Shown here: positions 34,500 through 43,770 of the stretch, in pieces | How positions within the stretch are numbered: the first letter of the stretch is position 1 | Layout of the letters: each line of letters begins with the position of its first letter | Source: Chiloscyllium plagiosum | Lineage: Eukaryota | DNA: 43,770 bases | Assembly: GCF_004010195.1 (NCBI RefSeq) | Contig: NC_057759.1 | Location: forward strand, 3,566,397-3,610,166 | Direction of reading: 5' to 3' | Notes under the pieces: model-generated | Databases searched by the model: none | What the model was told of the DNA's origin: nothing | Seen by the model: only the letters and a program-made list of their open reading frames with translations | Translations under genes and position numbers: made by a program

Positions 34500-34730
34500 C
34501 ACCATCCTGACCCTCGGGAACGGGACATGTTGACACAGTCCGCTCTCCCTCGGCGCTTTTCCTTCCCGTGTGGCCCCGGCGCCATTTTAGCTTCAGGCCC
34601 CGCGCGAGATGGCGGTTAACGGCCGCCTCGTGCCCCAAGTGACCGTTAGCAGCTGCTTCAGGGGAAAGGCTCTTTAAAGGGACAACCCTTTCAGGAGAGA
34701 GAAACAACAGGGCCGGCTCCGGGACTCGCC
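34500..34730. promoter_or_regulatory. CpG-rich promoter-like patch with divergent YY1-like motifs
   Basis: Dense CpGs in an otherwise CpG-poor window. CGCCATTTT at 34580-34588, GAGATGGCGG at 34606-34615, overlapping CGCGAGA. Confidence 0.5.
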
Positions 34731-34924
34731 AAACTCAATAATAATGACAAATACACAGAGACAGAGAGGTGGGAGTGAACAAGAAATCGTGCGGCGGCAT
34801 ATCAAGACCAAAGGCCACTCTCCCGAAGGACGGCTGCCCTGGACTCGAAACGTTGACTCCGCTTTCTCTCTGTCTGTCTCTGGACAGATGCTGCCAGGCC
34901 TGAAGCACAAACAAGGTCCTCGGG

Positions 34925-36605
34925 GGTGAGTCCGAGTTCAGGATCCTATTAAGGTTCGGTTGGCAGATGGATGACAGTGTGGGAGGGTATGCAATGGGAT
35001 TAGAAGAATGGAGGCGGAAACTGGTTCCTAAATGGGGAAAGGTTTCAGAAATCTGAAGCCCAAAGGGACTTGGGAGTCCGAGTTCAGGATTCTCTTCAGG
35101 TTAACAGGCAGGTTCAGTTGGCAGTTAGGAAGGCAAATGTAATTGGGAGAAACGAAACTCACACGTCAATAATTTCAGTCCTACACAAAACCTGAATCAG
35201 TAGTGTCACAATGTTCCAAATGTGGTCTGACCAGAGCCTTATACACCGTCAGTAGTACATCCCTGCTCTTGTATTCTAACCCTCCCGAAATGAATGCTAA
35301 CGTTACGTGGGATAATAGGTAAAGTAGTGGTACTTCTGCAATCATATTTACTTATGCAAGGTAAGTGAACTCACACCAGTGTATAATTGTTTCAGCCAAG
35401 AGCTGAGTCAACAAGACTGAAAACTATGTGAAGGAAATACATAATTGTTTTTGTATTAGCTAAAATGTACATGCAAGAACGAAATGTGCCTGCAACAATG
35501 NNNNNNNNNNNNNNNNNNNNNNNNNNNNNNNNNNNNNNNNNNNNNNNNNNNNNNNNNNNNNNNNNNNNNNNNNNNNNNNNNNNNNNNNNNNNNNNNNNNN
35601 NNNNNNNNNNNNNNNNNNNNNNNNNNNNNNNNNNNNNNNNNNNNNNNNNNNNNNNNNNNNNNNNNNNNNNNNNNNNNNNNNNNNNNNNNNNNNNNNNNNN
35701 NNNNNNNNNNNNNNNNNNNNNNNNNNNNNNNNNNNNNNNNNNNNNNNNNNNNNNNNNNNNNNNNNNNNNNNNNNNNNNNNNNNNNNNNNNNNTGCTTATT
35801 TCTGGCCTCAAAGGGCCATTTGATCACATCCTGCTGTGGGCCATTGTTAGGTATATCCTCCCTTACTTGTTATGACCTTATGACCTCATGACTACTTGAT
35901 TGTGGTTTGTTCTTGTTTTTGCAGAAGCGGGAAACAGATGCTTATAACTACTGTTTGTAGAGGCATATCTAGCTTAACCCCCTCCCCTCACAGCACCTTA
36001 TCTATTTGTCTGTAACATCTACCATTGTTGCAGGCACATTTCGTTCTTGCATGTACATTTTAGCTAATACAAAAACAATTATGTATTTCCTTCACATAGT
36101 TTTCAGTCTTGTTGACTCAGCTCTTGGCTGAAACAATTATACACTGGTGTGAGTTCACTTACCTTGCATAAGTAAATATGATTGCAGAAGTACCACTTCT
36201 TTACCTATTATCCCACGTAATGTTAGCATTCATTTCGGGAGGGTTAGAATACAAGAGCAGGGATGTACTACTGACGGTGTGTAAGGCTCTGGTCAGACCA
36301 CATTTGGAACATTGTGAGCAGTTTTGGGCTCCCTATCTCAGGATGTGCTGAACTTGGAGGGGGTCCAGAGGGGGTTTACAAGAAAAATCCCAGGGATAAA
36401 GAACTTATCATATGAGGAGAGGTTGAGGACTCTGGTACTTAAATCGATGGAGTTTATAAAGGTGTGGGAGAATCTGATTGAAACTTGCAGATTATTGAGA
36501 GGCCCAGATAGAGTGGACATGGCGAAGATGTTTCAATGAGTAGGACGGACTAGGACCCAATGGCCCAACTTCAGATTGAAGGGACGTCCCTTTAGAACTG
36601 AGATA
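34925..36605 (+). mobile_element. CR1 RT C-terminal fragment split by an insertion
   Basis: ...GGAAGGCAAATGTAAT (35143) resumes at GTAATGTTAGCATTC (36217). Same subfamily as 23815-24660. Confidence 0.8.
35144..36216 (-). mobile_element. Candidate solo LTR inserted in CR1 (contains gap and inverted duplicate)
   Basis: Flanking duplication GTAAT (35139-43 and 36217-21). Short inverted ends TGGGAGAA / TTATCCCA. Confidence 0.5.
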
Positions 36606-39414
36606 CTGTTGGGGGAACGACTTACTGGGGGTAAGCAATGGGGTACAGGTCCCTGTCCCTATTGTTCGATAGGGAAGTGGGAAGAGAATCAGAGCATGTC
36701 ATTAGGGACTCCATAGTTAGGGGACAGACAGGACGTTCTGTGGGAACGAGAAAGACTCACGGTTGGTGTGTTGCCTTCCGGGTGCCAGAGTTCGTGATGT
36801 CTTTGATCTTGCTTTTGGGATCTTTGCAGGCGAGGCGGAGCAGTCCACATAGGCACTACCAACTTTGGTAGGAAGAGAGATGGGGATTTAAGGCAGAAAT
36901 TCAAAGAACTAGGATGGAAACTTCGAGCTAGGACAAACAGAGCTGTTATCTCTGGTTTGTCGCCCATGCCCCATGCGAGCGAGGCATGGAGTAGGGAAAA
37001 TGGGTGAGAAAGTTTATAGCCTTAAATGTTGTCCTTAATCGTTGAGACTAAAATGTAATTTTGAATTATGGAACACATTTGCTGCATACTAGAAAATGTC
37101 ATGGCAGGAGCGAGTCTGTATAAACAAGACACTGAGTGATAACATTCACGGCTGTTCCTTTGTGAATTTAATTTCACAATGTTTAATTCTGATCTCGGAA
37201 CGAAATTCTGTATCGATTAACTCATCTCCCAAATTGTTGTCCTTTGCTATTACCTGTCTAGTTCAGAATATGCAGTGCTTTTGTTAACTTTTGTGTTTGT
37301 GACAATAACTCCTTTGTAAATCTGTGTATAAGAATAGTCTGTTTTTGATAGTAGGACGGAGTAGCTGGCCAATATCCAGTTAGCTTGACTTATAGGTATC
37401 AATGTTATGTAACAGTGATGGTATTAGTAAATGAAGGGGATGATTAAAATTAAACTAAACTGTCTGTAAGAGTTTTTTTTAATGTTCCAGACCACCAAAG
37501 AGTATGATCTCTGGTACAAACCAAAAGAGAGGCTTACAGGTTGAATTCATAAGGAATTCCCTGTGCGGTCTCAAATGTGTACTTTAACAAGAGGAATAGT
37601 GCAGGAGGGAGGATTTTGGATTCCTGGATAACTGGGGCTCTTTCTGGGGTAGGTGGGACCTCTACAAACAGAGGTCGTCACTTGAACCACAGGGTTAACA
37701 ATATCCTGGAAGGGGAAATTTGCTAATGCACTTCGGATAGGTTTAAAATAATTCAGCAGGGGGATGGGAGCCTAAATTATAGTTCAAGTATAGAGGAAGT
37801 TGAGAGAAAGGAGGCCCGAAATAAGGTTTCAGGGTTTCAAGAAGGCACTGTCAGGCCAGTAGTTGGTTTGAAGTGTGTCTATTTCAATGCCAGGAGCATC
37901 CGGAATAAAGTAGGTGAACTTGCAGCATGGGTAGGTACCTGAGATTTCGATGTTGCGGCCATTTCAGAGGCATGGGTAGAGCAGGGACAGGAATAGTTGC
38001 TGCAGGTTCCGTGATTTAGATGTTTCAGTAAGATCAGAGAAAACGGCAAAAGAGATGGGGGTGTGGCATTGTTAGTCAAGGACAGTATTATGACTGAAGA
38101 AATGACATTTTGAGGATTCGTCAATTGAGGTAGTATGGGTTGAGATTAGAAACAGGAAAGGAGAGGTCACTCTGGTAGTTTTCTATAGGCCTCTTAATAT
38201 TTCCAGAGATTTAGAGGAAAGGATAGCAAAGATGATTCTCAATAAGAGCAAGAGTGACAGTAGTTGTTATGGAGGACTTCAATTTCCCAAATATTGACTG
38301 GGAATACTATCGTTGAAGTACTTTAGCTGGGTTAGTTTTTTGTCCATTGTGTGCAAAAGGGTTTTCTTCCACAGTATGTAGACAGTTCAACAGGGGGCAA
38401 AGCCACATTGGATTTGATACTGGATAATGGACCTGGCCAGGTGTTAGATTTGGAGGTAGCTGAGCACATTGGTGATAGTGATCACAAATCAGTTATGTTT
38501 ACTTTAGTGATGGAATGGGATACATATACACCGGAGGGCAAGAGCTACAGCTGGGGGAAAGTCACTTACAATGTGATTAGACAAGATTTAGGATGCATAG
38601 CATGGGGAAGAAACTGCAAGGGATGGGCACAATAGAAATGTGGAGCTTCTTCAAGGAACAGCTACACTGTGTCCTTGGTAAGTATGTAACTGTCAGGCAG
38701 GGATGAAGTTGTCGAGTCAGAGAAGATAAGGCAAACGCTAAATGATGATTTTTTCGTCAGTATTCACACTGGAAAAAGACAATGTTGTCAAGGAGAAGGC
38801 TGAGAAACAGTTACGAGACGAGTTAAGATCCAGTTTCATAAGGAGGAGGTACTAGAAATTTTGGGAAGTGTGAAAATAGATAAATACCTTGGACCAGATG
38901 GGATTCATCCGCGGATTCTCTGGGAAGCCACGGAGAAGATTGCCGAGACTTTGACTTTGATCTTTGTGTCGTCATTGTCTACAGGAATAGTACCAGAAGA
39001 CTGGAGATAGCAAATAGCGTTCCCTTGTTCAAGAAGGAGAGTAGAGCCAACCCTGGTAATTATAGACCAGTGAGCCTTACTTTGGTTGAGTAAAGTGTTG
39101 GAAAAGGCTAGAAGAGATAGGATTTATAATTATCGCAAAAGGAATAAGTTGATTAGTGATAGTCAACACGGTTTTGTGAAGGTACGTTGTGCCTCACAAA
39201 CCTTAGAGTTCCTTGAGAAGGTGACCATACTGGTGGATGAGAGTAAAGCCGTTGATGTGGTGTATGTGGATTTTGATAAGGCATTTGATAAGGTTCCACA
39301 TGGTAGGCTAGTGCACAACATATGGAGGCATGGGATTTAGGTCGATTTAGTGGTTTCAATCAGAAATTGGCTAGCTGAAAGACAACAGAGGGTAGTAGTT
39401 GATGGGAAATGTTC
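36606..39414 (+). mobile_element. Long CR1 LINE (ORF1 SGNH-esterase, endonuclease, RT N-terminus), decayed and 3'-truncated
   Basis: ORF1 DSIVRG motif. ORF2 YFNARSIRNK, GGVALLV, ATLDLIL, PGNYRPVSLT and DVVYVDFDKAFDKVPH. Confidence 0.9.
37005..37589 (+). mobile_element. Candidate solo LTR interrupting CR1 ORF1
   Basis: AT-rich 585-bp non-CR1 block with TGAGA...TTAACA ends, a TATAAG near 37328 and ATTAAA near 37443. No clear TSD. Confidence 0.4.
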
Positions 39415-40286
39415 AAGATCCTGTTGTAATCTGAGGTAACCCTCTTCGCTGTCCACTACACCTCCAATTTTGGTGTTGTCTGCAAACTTGCCTCTTACGC
39501 TCATGTCCAAATAATTTATGTAAACGACAAAAAGTTGAGGACCCAGCACTGATCCTTGTGGCACTCCACTGGTCAGAGGCCTCCAGTCTGAAAAACAAAC
39601 CCCCACCATCACCCTCTGTCTTCTACCTTTGAGCCAGTTCTGTATTCAAATGGCTAGTTCTCCCTGTATTCCGTGAGATCTAACCTTGCTAATCAGTCTT
39701 CTTTTGGGGAACCTTGTCAAATGCCTTACTGAAGTCCGGATAGATCACATCTATCGCTCTGCCCTCCTCAATCTTCTTTGTTACTTCCTCAAAAATCTCA
39801 ATCAAGTTTGTGAGACATGATTTCCCACGCACAAAGCCATGTTGACTATCCCAAATCAGCCCTTACCTTTCCAAATACATGTACATCCTGTCCTTCAAGA
39901 TTCCCTCCAACAACTTATCCACCACCGACGTCAGGCTCACTGGTCTATAGTTTCCTGGCTTGTCCTTACCACACTTCTTTAACAGTGGCACCACATTAGC
40001 GAACCTCCAGTCTTCTGGCACCGCACCTTTGACTATCAGTGATACAAATATTTCAGTAAGAGGCCCCAGCAATCACTTTCCTAGATTCCCACAGAGTTCT
40101 AGGGTACACCTGATCAGGTCCTGGGGATTTATCCACCATTAACCGTTTCAAGACATCCAGCACTTCCTCCTCTGTAATATAGACATTTTGCAAGATGTCA
40201 CCATCTATTTCCCTACCTTTTCCACAGTTAAATACTGATGCAAAATACTCATTTAGTAACTCCCCCATTTTCTGCAGCTCCACACA
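39413..40286 (-). mobile_element. CR1 RT segment (inverted 5' part of a single insertion?)
   Basis: Reads KSPGPDQVYPR, PGNYRPVSLTS, GVPQGSVLGP and FADNTKIGG. Confidence 0.9.
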
Positions 40287-41023
40287 ATGGGCTGAGAAGT
40301 GGCTGGCAGATGGAGTTTAATTCAGATAAATGAGAGATGCTGCATTTTGGGAAAGCAAATCTTAGCAGGACTTATACACTTAATGTAAGGTCCTAGGGAG
40401 TGTTGCTGAACAAAGCGACCTTGGAGTGCAGGTTCATAGCTCCTTGAAGATGGAGTTGCAGGTGGATAGGATAGTGAAGAAGGCGTTTGGTATGTTTTCC
40501 TTTATTGGTCAGAGTATTGAGTACAGGAGTTGGGAGGTCATGTTTCGGCTGTACAGGACATTGGTTAGGCCACTGTTGGAATATTGCATGCAATTCTGGT
40601 CCCCTTCCTTTCGGATAGATGCTATGAAACTTGAAAGGGTTCAGAAAGATTTACAAGGATGTTGCCAGGGTTGGAGGATTTGAGCTGTAGGGATAGGCTG
40701 AACAGGCTGGGGCTGTTTTCCCTGGAGCGTCGGAGACTGAGAGGTTTACAAAATTGAGGGGCATGGATAGGGTAAACGGGCAAAGTCATTTCCCTGTGGT
40801 CGGGGAGTCCAGAACTAGAGGGCATAGGTTTAGGGTGAGAGGGGAAAGATATAAAAGGGACCTAAGAGGCAACTTTTTCACGCAGAGGGTGGTATGTGTA
40901 TGGAATAAGCTGCCAGAGGAAGTGGTGGAGACTGGTACAATTGCAATATTTAACAGGCATTTGGATTGGTATATGAATAGGAAGTGTTTGGAGGGATACG
41001 GGCCGGGTGCTGGCAGGTGGGAC
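40287..41023 (+). mobile_element. CR1 RT C-terminus to near 3' end
   Basis: Reads LYRTLVRPLLEYCMQFWSP and RTRGHRFRVRG. Confidence 0.9.
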
Positions 41024-42177
41024 ATATCCCTCCAAACCCTTCCTATTCATATACCCATCTAAATGCCTCTTAAATGTTGCAATTGTACCAGCCTCCACCA
41101 CATCCTCTGGCAGCTCATTCCATGCACCTACCACGCTCTGCGTGAAAAAGTTGCCCCTTAGGTCTCTTTTCTATCTTTCTCCTCTCACCCTATACCTATG
41201 CCCTCTAGTTCTGGACTCCCCAACCCCAGGGTTTGCCTATTTATAGACTTTGCCTATTTATCCTATCCATGCCCCTCATAATTTTGTAAACCTCTATAAG
41301 GTCACCCCTACAGCCTCCGACGCTCAGGGAAAACAGCCGCAGACTGTTCAGCCCCTCCCTGTAGCTCTGATCCTCCAACCTTGGCTACATCCGTGTAAAT
41401 CTTTTCTGAACCCTTTCAAGTTTCACAACATCTTTCCGATAGGAAGGAGACCAGAATTGCACGCAATATTCCAACAGCGGCCTAACCAATGTCCTGTACA
41501 GCCGCAACATGACCTCCCAACTCCTGTACTCAATACTCTGACCAATAAAGGAAAGCGTACCAAATGCCTTCTTAACTATCATATCTACCTGCAACTCCAC
41601 TTTCAAGGAGCTATGAACCTGCACTCCAAGGTCTCTTTGTTCAGCAACACTCCCTAGGACCTTACCATGAAGTGTATAACTCCTGCTAAGATTTGCTTTC
41701 CCAAAATGCAGTACCTCGCATTTATCTGAATTCAACTCCATCTGCCACTTCTTGGCCCATTGGCCCATCTGCTCAAGATCCTGTTGTAATCTGAGGTAAC
41801 CTTCTTCGCTGTCCACTACACCTCCAATTTTGGTGTCATCTGCAAACTTACTAACTGTACCTCTTATGCTCGCATCCAAATCATTTATGTTAATAACAAA
41901 AAGTTGAGGGCCCAGCACCGATCCTTGTGGCACACCACTAGTCACAGGCCTCCAGTCTGAAAACCAACCCTCCTCCACCACCCTCTGTCTTCTACCTTTG
42001 AGCCAGATCCGTATCCAAATGGCTCGTTGTCCCTGTACTCCATGAGATCTAACCTTGCTAACCTCTCTCCCATGGGGAACCTTGTCGAACGCCTTACTGA
42101 AGTCCATATAGATCACATCTACTGCTCTGCCCTCATCAATCTTCTTTGTTACTTCTGCAAAAAACTCAATCAAGTTC
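41024..42177 (-). mobile_element. CR1 RT copy with 264-aa open frame (41385-42179)
   Basis: Reads YMDFSKAFDKVPH, GVPQGSVLGP, FADDTKIGG and LYRTLVRPLLEYC. Confidence 0.93.
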
Positions 42178-42654
42178 AATGAATTAAATTTGACAGTTTA
42201 AATATTCTTCACTACATGGCAAAATAAAAGTCCTTTTAGCCTTCCTCCTTCCTATCATAGAGCAACACAAGAGTACTGGTAATGGCTTGCACCAGATCGG
42301 TAGATAGAATAGAATTGGCCAATTCTCTTCCCTGCACAAAGAACCCTGCGGTCAGTCAGCTGCAATGCTGATGAATTGTTCATTGCCCTTTCACTTAGTT
42401 ACAAATGGCTTTACTTATTACTGATCAATAATTCATCAGTAAAGTATGTCTCTATGCAAATATTGATAGCATCCCACAATTCCCAGTTAGACTCTGCACT
42501 ATAGGAGTTGCAAAGGTCCATTGATTTTTCTCTCCTTGATTCTGAAGAGTAGCACAGATGCTCTCCTGCTGCAATGTGTTGTCTGTGCACCTTTCCATGG
42601 ATCCTGTAGGCAGTAAAACTAAAGAACATTGGCTGTGGAGGTTATCCAACTACA

Positions 42655-42878
42655 CAGAGTCATAGAGATGTACAGCATGGAAACAGACCCTTCGGTCCAA
42701 CTCGTCCATGCTGACCAGATATCCTAACCCAAACTAGTCCCACCTGCCAGAACCCGGCCCCTATCCCTCCAAACCCTTCCTATTTATATACCCATCCAAA
42801 TGCCTCTTAAATGTTGCAATTGTACCAGCCTCCACTTCCTCTGGCAGCTCATTCTATACACGTACCACCCTCTGCGTG
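42655..42878 (-). mobile_element. CR1 3' end
   Basis: Same 3' UTR as 41024-41145 plus the terminal portion. Confidence 0.88.
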
Positions 42879-43770
42879 GGAACTATAGACCAGTGAGCCT
42901 GACGTCAGTGGTGGGCAAGTTGTTGCAGGGAATCCTGAGGGACAGGATGTGTATATATATTTGGAACGCCAAGGACTAATTAGGGATAGTTGACATGGCT
43001 TTGTACATGGGAAATAATGTCTCACAAACTTGATTGAGTTTTTTGAAGAATTAACAAAGAGGATTGATGAGGATAGAGCGGTAGATGTGATCTATATGGA
43101 CTTCAGTAAGGCATTGACAAGGTTCCCCATGAGAGACAGGTTAGCAAGGTTAGATCTCTCAGAATACAGGGAGAACTAGCCATTTGAATACAGAACTGGC
43201 TCAAAGGAAGAAGACAGATGGTGATGGCGGAGGGTTGGTTTTCAGACTGGAGGCCTGTGCCCAGTGGAGTGTCACAAGGATCGGTACTGGGTCCTCTACA
43301 TTTTGTCATTTACATAAATGATTTGGATGCGAGCATAAGAGGTACAGTTAGTAAGTTTGCAGATGACACCAAAATTGGAGGTGTAGTGGACAGGTTACCT
43401 CCGATTACAACAGGATCTTGATCAGATGGGCTGAGAAGTGGTAGATGGAGTTGAATTCAGATAAATGCGAGGTACTGCATTTTGGGAAAGCAAATCTTAG
43501 CTGGACTTATACACTTAATGGTAAAGTCCTAGGGAATGTTGCTGAGCAAAGAGACCTTGGAGTGCAGGTTCATAGCTCCTTGAAAGTGGAGTTGCAGGTA
43601 GATAGGATCGTGAAGAAGGTGTTTGGTATGCTTTCCTTTATTGGTCAAAATATTGAGTACAGGAGTTGACAGGTCATGTTGGGGTTGTACAGGACATTGG
43701 TTAGACCATTGTTGGAATATTGTGTGCAATTCTGTTCTCCTTCCTATCGGAAAGATGTTGTGAAACTTGA
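42879..43770 (+). mobile_element. CR1 RT fragment running off window end
   Basis: Reads GNYRPVSLTS...FADDTKIGG; inverted relative to 41024-42177. Confidence 0.92.

Noticed and set aside
41385..42179. 264-aa ORF as a host or domesticated gene
   Set aside because: It is ordinary CR1 RT, nearly identical to neighbouring disrupted copies; the open frame reflects young age.

Overview
Vertebrate genomic DNA, almost certainly from an elasmobranch (shark/ray), judged by HE1-type tRNA SINEs and abundant CR1 LINEs. It has three assembly gaps (4662-4911, 11692-11834, 35501-35792). Most of the window is decayed transposable elements: CR1 LINEs, Penelope-like elements (PLEs) and their palindromic terminal repeats carrying minimal hammerhead ribozymes, a Gypsy LTR element, SINEs, a Tigger-like MITE and two candidate solo LTRs. 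The main host feature, not evident from the ORF track, is a minus-strand multi-exon Ig-superfamily receptor gene remnant at about 13.5-32.3 kb. It has an Fc-receptor-like Ig exon, a transmembrane exon and several short cytoplasmic exons with tyrosine motifs. It carries several stops and frameshifts but keeps canonical splice sites. About 2 kb upstream is a CpG-rich patch with divergent YY1-like motifs. Other notable structures are a diverged paralogous non-TE block about 31.6 kb apart, a CR1 copy with a twin-priming-like 5' inversion inside a nest of inverted CR1 copies, and a PLE reverse transcriptase ORF with a frame-compensated duplication. All calls come from reading the sequence by eye; no searches were run.
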